A stretch of DNA of 64,000 nucleotides from Epithemia pelagica. Lineage: Eukaryota; Protista; Bacillariophyta. This document shows positions 9,697 to 19,640 of this stretch, piece by piece (position 1 is the stretch's first letter; every line of letters starts with the position of its first letter). The notes beneath the pieces are model-generated. The model was not told the DNA's origin. It did no database searches and saw only the letters and a program-made list of their open reading frames with translations. The stretch is taken from contig OX337231.1 of assembly GCA_946965045.2 (NCBI GenBank), positions 1,550,001-1,614,000 on the forward strand, in the 5' to 3' direction. Made by a program: the position numbers and the translations under genes.

Positions 9697-10148
9697 ATCG
9701 TTTCTTTATAGCGAGAGCTAATAACTGCTGGGATCGGATTCTTGGGCAAGCTACCCGTAAGGGAGACCAAAGGATGCAATTATGTTCACCCAAATACGTA
9801 CTAGCGCTAAGGTACGGCAACAATCAAATAAGACCGGTAACGAAGAATGCACCCACCTTGACTCAAAATCGTGACTCGAATCCGAAATCGGATTTCGAGA
9901 AAATCGTTCCGAAAAATTTCCGCTCCAAAACGATACCAAACAAAACGCGACGACAACCATGCCGACAATCGATTGGCTAAAGGCTGTTTATGTTGTGCTT
10001 GATCATGGGCGCGTATAATCTCGTTTCTATTCGAAATACAGTTGATGTCGACTGACTTCTATAATATTCGGTTAGATCGCTTGACTAAGTTTTTATTCAG
10101 TTAATATCATTATTACTGAATAAAGATGGGAAGATGATTCGCACACAA

Positions 10149-10284
10149 AGAGTGAAGAATAATTCGCAGCAAAGATCTAAGATGATGATAGATGATGATT
10201 ACAGAATGGCGAAATCTCTGAGCAGCAACGCTGTAGAATTACTTTTTGCAGATTCCAAAAAAAGGAGGGGGATTTTGGATGTCC
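10149..10284 (+). repeat. Direct repeat copy 2
   Basis: Matches copy 1 at 7436-7574. Confidence 0.9.
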
Positions 10285-10485
10285 GTTCTTTTCGATACAT
10301 GTGTATCGTTTCGAACAGTCAGAATTTTTTATGGGGGATAGTCACGAATCGTCGTGGGAAGGTCCGCTGGTGTGACAGGTGACCAACAAAACACGAAAAT
10401 CGCTGGACGAAGTCACATTTTCATTTTTCAGACTCATCTTTCGCGTGTTTGCTTTTGACCATCGTAGAGGAGGAGACGAAATATT

Positions 10486-12240
10486 ATGAAAATGGATATA
10501 CTGGAAGCGTGTTACGGTGAGAGACCTTTGAAGGAATACTTTTGTATGGATATATCAACCAGGCGTTTCTCACGGACGCCAATGTGTGTTTGAATCTTTC
10601 TAGATGTGGACATTCTAAAGCAAGACGAGATGGTCAAACTGTTGTCTCCCTCAACGCAACATGTAGGAGACTTTCAACACGACGATTCATGCGCTGAAGC
10701 ATCAACAAAATGCAGATCATCAGACGATCATGATCCGCTTAATCGATTAAGTGACTTTCCCCGTCTCTTTCAAGGGCTGAGGAAAGCCTTGATTCAATAC
10801 GACAATCACATGTCATCCTGCAGTTTTTCTGACGACAGTACGTCACTCCGTCTACCTCTGTGCGTCCTCTCTGCTGGTTTGGAGATTGCGACAGGCTCGC
10901 CCGTTCACCTGCTCAGACTAGAAATACAAGACTGTTACGAGGATATCGTTTATTGCGTACCCAAGCTTGTTGAAACGGTGTTGTCGTGGAAAGGCGATGA
11001 CGCAATTCGCGAATCTGCGATCACCAGTGCTATATTGGTGCTGTCTCGCGTCGCGGTATTCGTCCCTAACTTTGTCGCAACTTTCGGTGTCTCGCTACTT
11101 CACGGATTTCGTGAGAACGTACCAGCGAGTATCCAGCTAGATGTCGCGTGTACACTTATTGGCCTTTTACGTTCCACCAATGACCCCGAACAGAGACTGA
11201 TAATGCTTCAGCAAATCGACGCACATCACGGTATCATCATTCCTGTTCTGAGCACCGCAGTGACGTCTGGAGAACAAAACCAGGTTTTTAATGCTTTGGA
11301 TGCATTTGTTTTGTTGAGCCAGTCGCCGGCGATACGTCGGAAACTCAGCCGGCGTCGTGGTGTCGTCCTGGCACTAGCGAAGCAACTTGAAAACACGGAC
11401 TCGCGGATCCAAAGGACCACAGTATCACTCTGCAAAATGTATTTTGACGCCAAGCATCGCGACCATTCCAATTTGCTTGAGAAAAACTCGGTGATTGTTA
11501 CTCGTGCTCTCTGTCAACTCATTGAAAACGCAGCCGACACGGCAGTCCTAATGGAGGCTTTGAATGTGGCGATGGTTGCGATCCGTGCAAGCACATTGGA
11601 TTCGTCCTCAAAAGACAGTGTCGCTAGCTCTATGCTGCATATTGCCCGTTGTAGCAAGTCTGACGTGGTTGCAACGGAGGCTACCCTTGCATACATTCAG
11701 TCAGCTTCGAAAGCTGAAAGCAGGCCATGTGTATTGAAAAATGCGCTCGAGTTTCTGGGTAGCTCAGACCAGAAGATTCGGCATGAAGTTCTTTTACTTC
11801 TCAAAGATATCTCGTACTGGAATCCCCGAACGCTCATGCTAGATTCGCTTGGATTCCTAGACAAATTAGCAGTTGTTCTTTTGACGAGTTCAGGTGAAGA
11901 TTGCGCCGAAGCGATGCAAATATGTCGCCAACTCTCTTCGGAGGACGGTATACCGCCACTTCTTTGCATGAACAAGTCGCTTGTATCAGTCATTGTCAAT
12001 CTTGTCACTACCGAGCCCATTGCGAACCGCTCCGCTTATATTAATGGCGTGCACATTGTCATTGCGCTCATGTCGGACGACAGTAACTTGGCTTCTTTTC
12101 TACAGTTTAACCGATTGTTACCTTGGCTGGTTGACCTTGCCAACCGCACATCTGACGAAGACATGAAACAGCAACTTGTCTCTGTGATAATTCGTTTTGC
12201 CGTGCTCAAGTTGGGCGAGATATCCCTTCCAGTGGTGTAA
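10486..12240 (+). CDS. ARM/HEAT-repeat-like helical protein (exons 10486-10516, 10604-12240)
   Basis: GTGAGA donor and TTCTAG acceptor supply an in-phase ATG exon; Leu/Val/Ala-rich helical repeats. Confidence 0.7.
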
Positions 12241-12312
12241 AGAGACAGGGATAAGGAAAAGTGTTCATAGAACGAATAACAAGCCACGAGGCATTATAGT
12301 ACGATCAGAGCG

Positions 12313-14556
12313 TTAATGCCCTAGACTTGCTCCTAGTGGTGTAAGTTTCATGTGTCCCGTACATCCAGTGCCTTTAACAATCTCGTTGAAATATGGTGTT
12401 TCACAGAAGTCCATGTCTTCAACGTGCTCGTGATACGAAGCAGGACGTAGGTCATAGGGAATAGGCAAATGAATCAGATTGGGCTGCTGTTCTGTTTGCG
12501 GAGAAGGACACGAGCAACGTGCAGGGTTCCAGCAGTACAACCGATCCGACTTTGACTTGCGCTGTAAGCGGCTGCAAAAGAGAACCCCGAGTTCAAAGTT
12601 CGTGAAGGCTACGGTGTTCTTTCGTCCGTGTGCGATACCAGTGGCATTCTCGATTCCTTGAGTACCTCGAGACAGACACGCGCTGGTTAGTAAGAACCAG
12701 GGAAAGTATTCCTCGCTCTTTCCCATTCCAAAGTCTTTTTGGATTCTATACCGCTTTCCGCCAAACAGACGGGCGACGCTCTTAATGTGTGGAATATGTG
12801 TACGAACCATTTGTAGAGGCGAACTTGGTTCAAACATGACCATTCGAGAGAGACAGTCAATGTGAACCGAGTTAAAGGTTTCAGATGACATGAAGAGGTA
12901 CCCCTCGTTGACCCCCTCCGATCGTCGTGGTCTACCTGTTTCTCCTCTTCTTGCTGTTTCACTTTGAAGAAACCCAGTCTGAACTACGACGCTGTTGGGG
13001 GAAGTGCTTCGAGTAGCGCCCTTCTCACTGTTGGCCATGGAAACTGCACGTACAAAGTCATCTGTTGGCCAAACAATATCCAATCGGTCTAGGCTGCTAG
13101 TATTAGCGTCATCGGCATCCTCTTCATCTGTACTCTGCTCTCCGAGAAACGAAGTGACAACCACTGACATGTCCTTGGGAGTCCATTCACCACCCACGCT
13201 AGTGGGTTGAATAATCAGTCGATCTTGGTCGGAAAGAATACTTGACGGCAGCCATGGGCGTAGGGAAGGTAATGTCTTGGATGTTTCGTCCTGGTCGTGG
13301 TGCTTCATCAAACACTCCAAGACGTGGGACACAAATTGACGCCCGTAACGAAAGGCCGATTTTTCTTGTAAGCTAGAAGTACTCATGTGGTCACCAGGGA
13401 CATGGGGAACTAAGAAAACCTGGCATTTGGAAAAATCAAACCCGGACGCGAGATCTTGACAAGATTTTTTCCATCCAAGATACTTTTTTCCAAATCCAAG
13501 GGGTGTAAGTCGGCCGGATGGGGCAGCCCAAGTTTGACAGTCCATTACATGGCCCAAGATTCGACCAGGGTTGCAATTTTCTCCCAAGCGGTCCCACAAA
13601 GGATTGTTTCCAGTGCTCGTTTGTAAGGGTGCAACCCGTTGCAGCCAAGTTGCGTCGGTAGTACAAGGCGATGTCAGGTTGGCAGTCGACACCAGCACCA
13701 CAATTGATCCAGACTTTTCGAAAAGAAGCATGAACTTTGGGTGGTGCACTCCTTTTTTGAATTTTCGCTTTTGGACGATTTCATCGCAGACGGATCCATC
13801 GGTATTGACCACAGTGGAAGGAAGCTCTGAGGGTGGGATCCAATAGCTCTTGATCTCCGTGAAATAAACGTGAGAGGGAAACGAGGTGATTCTATCGAAA
13901 CAGTGCTTTTCCCCGCAAGGTGACTGTTCGTTTCCCCATAAAGCTGCGTGTTCCTTCGTATCGGATGTTTGTGTGGACACTGAAAAATTGTCCGTGGACT
14001 CTCTGCGTGGCGACAATCCAGCTTTGCATCCGCTATCGATTACGTCATGCTGGTGAGGACTGTCTTCTTCATAGTCACTGTCATTTTCGACCTCTTTTTC
14101 CTCATCATTCCCGACTTTTCTACCATGAAGAACAATTGTTGGGACCGTTGACTTTTCGCTAAAGAGACTGGGAAACTCTTGCTGCAAGGAGTCCTTCTCA
14201 ACTGTGTAGGTTGCAAGGATAGCAGCCTTCAAGTCAAGACTGGCCACCAATGCCGCACGATCAAACAACGGAGGAGCTTCCCTTGCACCGCAGGTACATT
14301 TTCCTTTTGGTGGTTCTTCCTCAAATGCTTCATCGTTGTCGCCGTTGGAAATGGTTCGATTCAAGTAGAAACGATCCGAGTAGAATCGTTGCCCTTGAAC
14401 CTCAATAAAGTCTCCGAAAGTCTGTGCTTCCTTGTGCTTCTGAAAGCGCTTTCTCGCCTCAGTTGCATGGTTGCGTCGAGAATCCCAGGGACGCTCAAAA
14501 CGTGCCCTCTTCCTTGCCGTGTCGGTGTCCGCCATCGTCGTTCCCTCTACGCTCAA
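12313..14556 (-). CDS. TDP1: Tyrosyl-DNA phosphodiesterase 1-like (PLD superfamily)
   Basis: HHPKFMLL...VSTANL, PHIKS...WFLLTSACLS and NFELGVLF. Confidence 0.85.
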   Translation of the reverse strand: MSVEGTTMADTDTARKRARFERPWDSRRNHATEARKRFQKHKEAQTFGDFIEVQGQRFYSDRFYLNRTISNGDNDEAFEEEPPKGKCTCGAREAPPLFDRAALVASLDLKAAILATYTVEKDSLQQEFPSLFSEKSTVPTIVLHGRKVGNDEEKEVENDSDYEEDSPHQHDVIDSGCKAGLSPRRESTDNFSVSTQTSDTKEHAALWGNEQSPCGEKHCFDRITSFPSHVYFTEIKSYWIPPSELPSTVVNTDGSVCDEIVQKRKFKKGVHHPKFMLLFEKSGSIVVLVSTANLTSPCTTDATWLQRVAPLQTSTGNNPLWDRLGENCNPGRILGHVMDCQTWAAPSGRLTPLGFGKKYLGWKKSCQDLASGFDFSKCQVFLVPHVPGDHMSTSSLQEKSAFRYGRQFVSHVLECLMKHHDQDETSKTLPSLRPWLPSSILSDQDRLIIQPTSVGGEWTPKDMSVVVTSFLGEQSTDEEDADDANTSSLDRLDIVWPTDDFVRAVSMANSEKGATRSTSPNSVVVQTGFLQSETARRGETGRPRRSEGVNEGYLFMSSETFNSVHIDCLSRMVMFEPSSPLQMVRTHIPHIKSVARLFGGKRYRIQKDFGMGKSEEYFPWFLLTSACLSRGTQGIENATGIAHGRKNTVAFTNFELGVLFCSRLQRKSKSDRLYCWNPARCSCPSPQTEQQPNLIHLPIPYDLRPASYHEHVEDMDFCETPYFNEIVKGTGCTGHMKLTPLGASLGH

Positions 14557-14802
14557 AACTTGCTTCCAATCTCACACTTCCTTGCACGCATGCCGGAACA
14601 AGATGAGGCGGGAAACGCGTCCGCCAGCTACATGCCTGTGCGTGTCCGAGGATGTGTATCCATTTCAGTTCTGCAATAGAGTTGGGGCTTTGAGTTTCCG
14701 ATGTCGACAATGATGACGACACGATTCCGTCATTCTCATTTTTCTCGTGGGTTCGGCTCCTTCCTCCTTGAATACAATTTGCAACATCGCCCAAACACAA
14801 CC

Positions 14803-15357
14803 ATGAAATTGTTGATTCTTATCTCTATCTCTGCTATATTTCTTGTCCGCGGGTTCCACGTTGCCGCACATCAACCCACCAGACCAGGCACTGCGCTTCC
14901 TGCTTCGGGAAATGGGGACAATTTCTTGGATCAGCTCGCCAAAGGCATTGGTCTTGATTTTGGCAAGAATCCCTTTGTGGAAGGAAAGAAGGCACTGGTC
15001 AAGAGTCAAGCGGGTGACTACGATGCAGCGGCGGTTCGCGCCAAGCTAGACGAGAACATTCGTCAAAATTCCGTCGCTATGCTAAGTTTCACAACGTGTC
15101 CCTTTTGTTTAAAGGCCAAGGATGTCTTGAATCGAGCTGGGGCCAACTACAAGGTCATAGAATTGGATACTATCGGAAAAGAGGGATATGCATTCCGCGC
15201 CGAACTTGCCGAGATGACAGACCGGACAACAGTCCCAGCCATTTGGATCGGTGGAGAGTTTGTGGGAGGCTGCAATGACGGACCAAAGGGTGGGGTCGTT
15301 ACCCTCCAGCAAAGTGGGCAGCTTCAACAGCTTTTGCAACAAGCTGGTGCACTATAA
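14803..15357 (+). CDS. Dithiol glutaredoxin, probably plastid-targeted
   Basis: CPFC active site, TVPAIWIGGEFVGG; signal peptide ending VRG-F. Confidence 0.92.
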   Translation: MKLLILISISAIFLVRGFHVAAHQPTRPGTALPASGNGDNFLDQLAKGIGLDFGKNPFVEGKKALVKSQAGDYDAAAVRAKLDENIRQNSVAMLSFTTCPFCLKAKDVLNRAGANYKVIELDTIGKEGYAFRAELAEMTDRTTVPAIWIGGEFVGGCNDGPKGGVVTLQQSGQLQQLLQQAGAL

Positions 15358-15477
15358 ATGTTTTGGAGGTGAACAACGAACAACTGTTGCAAAGCATGAA
15401 TAATTTTTGGGTTAGCTCAAGGACATTGATGTGGTTGCGTCAGTACTGGTTTGTTTTTCTGTAGTCGATTCTGCAAT

Positions 15478-16215
15478 TCATCCAATCCATTTTGCAGCAG
15501 GATTGTTCATTGGTGATTTCATGTAGTTGGGTGACGACAAGTACTTGGCAATGCCCGGTGATGATTCCATCTGAGAAATAAAAGTTCGTACCCACTCCAC
15601 TACAAGATATCCTTTGGTCTCGTTCGATCCCAAGTGCGATTGGATAACTTGTAGTTTGTATAAAAACACATAGAGTTTGACGTCAGCAATCGTTGGTTTG
15701 GACAATGATCCCAGAAGGAAGCCATTTGATTTCACCAACTGAGCCTCAAATCGGGATAATGCGGTTGGTACCTTTGTCTTGTACCAGTTGTACAGCGATT
15801 CAGGCCCTTTGTAGTATGCATGATCGATTATCGCCCATTCCAAATCTGTTAGCTCATCGAGAATGAGATCGTGCAGGTGTTCGGGTGGTGCCCCCATGCA
15901 GTCCCACTTTCGACCAATATATCGCAGAATTGTGTTGCTATGGGACAAACAAACTTCACCATCCATAAAATAGGGAAGATTGGGAAATGCCAGTGGCATG
16001 TTTGATTTCACAGAGAACCAGTTGGCCTTGTACTCCTCACTGTTGTTAGGATCTCCTGCTTCAATTCGGACATCGCAAAATTCCACACCGGCGGCGGCGA
16101 GAGCCAGTCGAATGCTTTGTGCTACACCAAGAGTATTCCAGTATACCACTGTGGGTAACCCATCGACTGGTTTCACTGGGATATCGCTCGCTTCTTTCAC
16201 GACGATAACCTTCAT
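15478..16215 (-). CDS. Glutathione S-transferase (mu/sigma-like)
   Basis: YWNTLGVAQSIRLAL, FPNLPYFMDGEV.LSHSNTILRYIG, PTIADVKLY. Confidence 0.9.
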   Translation of the reverse strand: MKVIVVKEASDIPVKPVDGLPTVVYWNTLGVAQSIRLALAAAGVEFCDVRIEAGDPNNSEEYKANWFSVKSNMPLAFPNLPYFMDGEVCLSHSNTILRYIGRKWDCMGAPPEHLHDLILDELTDLEWAIIDHAYYKGPESLYNWYKTKVPTALSRFEAQLVKSNGFLLGSLSKPTIADVKLYVFLYKLQVIQSHLGSNETKGYLVVEWVRTFISQMESSPGIAKYLSSPNYMKSPMNNPAAKWIG

Positions 16216-16402
16216 TGTGTTGCATTTGCTGAACTTGTTTGACTTCCAATAAGTTCCAAGAACAGCACTCCTCTGAAAGAAGATCGCAAGTCGCATATGA
16301 TAAAACAATATCTTGAGGGTTGGTCTTATAGGAGCGTGATATTTTCTCATATCATGTTCTATCACGATTTTGCACACGTGTTCTGACGTAGCAGCATGAT
16401 AA

Positions 16403-16461
16403 GATGATAAGAATGAATATCATGCGCAAATTTTTGACGCATGATATTCATCCTTATCATC
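16403..16461. repeat. Subterminal hairpin in the left end of the Harbinger element
   Basis: 24-bp arms with one mismatch around an 11-nt loop. Confidence 0.9.
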
Positions 16462-16517
16462 CTCTCTACCTCTTGTCTTTTTCTTTGCTACCCACCTATC
16501 GTAGAACAAACAGCACC

Positions 16518-17900
16518 ATGGAGAAACCACCTCCACCGGATGGTACAGCACCTCCACCTGTAGCCAAGAAGGCAAAGAAGCAGGTAGAGAAACCCCTTCC
16601 ACCTTTTCTTCAAACACTGAATATTCTCAGCATGCCTGACTACGAAGTTACCTCCACCAGGAAGAAAATAAAGAATGATGACGGAGTGGAGGAAGAGTTG
16701 GAGGTTGCGGAATCAATAATCAAGGGCGACGACAAGTGTCGACTGGAAAAAGAGCTCACTGCTCTACAACTCCGCAAGATTGCAAAGAACCTCGGTGTTA
16801 CCAAAGGGAGTCTTTCCAAGGGACAGTGCTGCTATTGGATCCTACGTTCCAAGGGTGATCAAGGCATCATCCAGCGAGACGCACGAAAGCTCCCCGCCAC
16901 TCATTGTCGTATAATCAATGTATGGTTTCATAGAAACTATGTGGAGGACTTTTTGGCTTTCAATGATGCCAGATCAAGAACTACACAAGAAACTGGGCCT
17001 GGTTCTTCCTACGAACGCTTTTGGAAGTCAGTTGTCAATGCAGTCAATGGTGCGGAGACCACTCCCCAAAAACAACAACAACAATCAAGTTCTAGTCGGG
17101 AAACAATCCTTGTCCGTGAAGAGGATACCCTTGCGGAGCTTCCTGACTCGCAACCTATCGAAGCAGCCGATTCCGAGAGGAGAATTCTTGACTTCGGGTT
17201 GGATGACTCACCTGAGGATCCGTACAAGGACTTGCTCCTCAAAGAAGACATAGAGGAGAACAACACTTACAATGGCCACATCACGGATGCAAAGCAAGAA
17301 GGAATGGTACCTACCATTGAAAACTGTGTAAAGATCACAAGCAGCGATGTTACGATGCTTTTCAAGGCCTTGTTGAACATCAGGAAATTGATCTCTACTG
17401 CGATGAAAGCCAGTGGATCACACGACAGTGATCCAATGGCTTTTGTTGATCAGGCTTTGTATAAGGCGACTACCAAAGTGCACCGCTTTGTGGCCTTCTA
17501 CTTTTTCTCTAGGGCTGAGATGGTCCAAGGTTTTGCCCATACATTCACCACTTCGCTGCCAGAGAGTCTTCGAGCCGAGAGTACACGGTCACTTGGAACA
17601 ATCTCTTCGACAGGCAAGTCAGGCAAGAAGAGTCGTTCCTCCACACCCAATTCCCAGACAACTAAGTCTTTGGAAGGAACAACTGCTGTTGCCATGCAGC
17701 AATCAGTAAAAGTAGCCATGGACCAGATGACGACTGAATCGCTTCAACGACAGTATGAACAGGTCCAGCGTCTCATGGTTGCGGCAGAGGGACGTATGAA
17801 ACGCAAATTTGCCAAAAAGTTGGAGAAGCTAGCGGAGAAGCTAGATTTACCAGCAGATTCGGAATCCTCTTCTTCCACCTCTTCCAAGGAATCAAATTAG
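16518..17900 (+). CDS. Harbinger accessory protein (ORF1) with a SAP/HeH-like motif
   Basis: Inside the TIRs, convergent with the transposase; LTALQLRKIAKNLGV...LSKGQC followed by RIINVWF...RFWKSV. Confidence 0.8.
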   Translation: MEKPPPPDGTAPPPVAKKAKKQVEKPLPPFLQTLNILSMPDYEVTSTRKKIKNDDGVEEELEVAESIIKGDDKCRLEKELTALQLRKIAKNLGVTKGSLSKGQCCYWILRSKGDQGIIQRDARKLPATHCRIINVWFHRNYVEDFLAFNDARSRTTQETGPGSSYERFWKSVVNAVNGAETTPQKQQQQSSSSRETILVREEDTLAELPDSQPIEAADSERRILDFGLDDSPEDPYKDLLLKEDIEENNTYNGHITDAKQEGMVPTIENCVKITSSDVTMLFKALLNIRKLISTAMKASGSHDSDPMAFVDQALYKATTKVHRFVAFYFFSRAEMVQGFAHTFTTSLPESLRAESTRSLGTISSTGKSGKKSRSSTPNSQTTKSLEGTTAVAMQQSVKVAMDQMTTESLQRQYEQVQRLMVAAEGRMKRKFAKKLEKLAEKLDLPADSESSSSTSSKESN

Positions 17901-17970
17901 TAACATCTGTAATGTCCAAAATGTCTCTCTATATTAATATCCTTCTTTATTACTTCAATTCCTGGTAGTC

Positions 17971-19266
17971 TCAATTCTGGTGGCTTTGTGTGGGACGAAC
18001 AAGGCCTCGTTGTTCAATTCGTGAAGCCATTTGATGTCGTACAGTGGAATGTGACCTGTTTAGACGACGATTACGACGGAGAAACCCTTGGTCATCATAC
18101 AGCAACACATTTCCACTCACATCTACAGGTTGTGATGGCAAAAAAGTGCTGTTGTCTTGATTATGAAGAGCTTCGGTTCGATGCATATTTTGCAAAGACT
18201 CACCTTGATCGAGTTGGCATTGGACAACAAAATTGTGTAGCCGTGCAATGGCCATAACATATACTGGGAGCCAACGTGTTACTTGACTGGGACGTTGTAG
18301 ATAGCGCCACTTCATTTGCATAAGCCCAAAGGCCATCTCTACTCGAATGCGCAACTGGGAAGCAAAGTAATTAAAATTATCAAAAAAGGGCTCCGTATGA
18401 TTTACCCCGTAGTAGATTGGAGTTACATGCTCCGAAGGGTCGTAGGCAGCGTCCCCAATGACGCAATAGCCCGGAGGTAGGTTGTCCACCATCGAAGCAA
18501 GGTCACATTCGTAGAATGCTACCCTGTCATTCATGTTGCCAGGGCCAACAATAGCAAAATATAGAAATTTTCCATTGTGGTCACATGCTGCCTGGATGTT
18601 GAATCCAAATTTGCAGTAGTGACCGGAGTAAAACTGGCGTTGGTTACCCACGAGTCTCTTACTGGGCATATTTGTGTGAAGGAGATACCCATCTATCACT
18701 GCCACACAATTGATGATTGCTTGACCAAACGAGATGGATTCGAACCCAATAGCTGCTTCTTCGCATTCTCTTTCGGTACTTGGGAATTTAATAGCAAGAG
18801 CAGGACAATTAACGATTGTTTCAGCAACCTCATGCAATATTTGATAGCAGTAAGATTTTGAAATCCCCATGCTTTGCCTTATGTCGTGAACTGCACCACC
18901 ACCCAAGTATTGTAATGTAGAATAGAGCTTAACTTCAGACTCAATATGTCCCCCACGGAGATCACCCATCTCCTGGTTTTTGCGTAGATCTTCCTTAAGT
19001 AGATCATGAAGCAGGAAGAAAGCATCCATGGGCATTCTGATGCACTTGATGAAGTCGGCCTGGTTGTTGCCAATGTTGTCCGCCTTGAACGTTTCCCAAT
19101 TGACTCTTTTCAATGGGGTGCTCTTCTCGCGAGACTCGGGTTGATTTCGGGTGGCTTCTTCTTGTTTGTTCTGCATTGATAACAGAACTGGCATTAGAGA
19201 AGCAACTGCTAACACCATTTGCCTTTGGCGATTGAAGTTTTCTTCACCAAGGTTGTTTCTCTCCAT
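17971..19266 (-). CDS. Harbinger (HARBI1-like, DDE_Tnp_4) transposase
   Basis: Intact catalytic motifs IDG, GDAAY and RVEMAFG; NIQAACD; N-terminal HTH region. Confidence 0.93.
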   Translation of the reverse strand: MERNNLGEENFNRQRQMVLAVASLMPVLLSMQNKQEEATRNQPESREKSTPLKRVNWETFKADNIGNNQADFIKCIRMPMDAFFLLHDLLKEDLRKNQEMGDLRGGHIESEVKLYSTLQYLGGGAVHDIRQSMGISKSYCYQILHEVAETIVNCPALAIKFPSTERECEEAAIGFESISFGQAIINCVAVIDGYLLHTNMPSKRLVGNQRQFYSGHYCKFGFNIQAACDHNGKFLYFAIVGPGNMNDRVAFYECDLASMVDNLPPGYCVIGDAAYDPSEHVTPIYYGVNHTEPFFDNFNYFASQLRIRVEMAFGLMQMKWRYLQRPSQVTRWLPVYVMAIARLHNFVVQCQLDQGESLQNMHRTEALHNQDNSTFLPSQPVDVSGNVLLYDDQGFLRRNRRLNRSHSTVRHQMASRIEQRGLVRPTQSHQN

Positions 19267-19640
19267 CTTTTTGTTTCGTTGCTGTTTTGATTTGGACGAG
19301 ATGAATGAGAGTTGGGGGCTAGAACTAGAGGAGGGGATGATAAGATGATATCATATCATCTTGATAAGAACCAAATTTTATCATACTAGAAGGTGCGACA
19401 TGGAGAATGTCCGTCAGCGTGATATGAGATGATATCACGCTCCAATAAGACCGAACCTGATCTTGTTGTCCCTTTCACGGACACGGAAGCAAGGAAGGAG
19501 AAGGGGCATAAGTTCATGGGTCGGCCGGCGAATGATGCGGTCGCACATAAACACACCCCAAGCCCCCTCAACAACGATGACATCTTTCGCCGGTGTTTTG
19601 TGCCGCTGAATGTCGTTTGTTATCCATCTCATCATGGAAA

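Larger units (their letters stand above)
16317..19457. mobile_element. Complete PIF/Harbinger DNA transposon, 3,141 bp
   Basis: 38-bp TIRs at 16317-16354 and 19420-19457 (33/38 identical); TGA TSD at 16314-16316 and 19458-19460; transposase plus convergent accessory ORF. Confidence 0.93.

Noticed and set aside
16216-16517. ORF-track N-terminal extensions of GST (to 16377) and Harbinger ORF1 (from 16404)
   Set aside because: They run through the TIR and subterminal hairpin, so downstream ATGs are more plausible
18730-18750. tRNA T-loop-like GGATTCGAACC
   Set aside because: Inside the transposase coding sequence, with no cloverleaf
16304-19467. Palindromic Harbinger target site (empty site AACAATATCTTGATCTTGTT, 16/20 symmetric)
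   Set aside because: The symmetry axis is offset from the TGA TSD, so it may be chance; more insertion sites are needed
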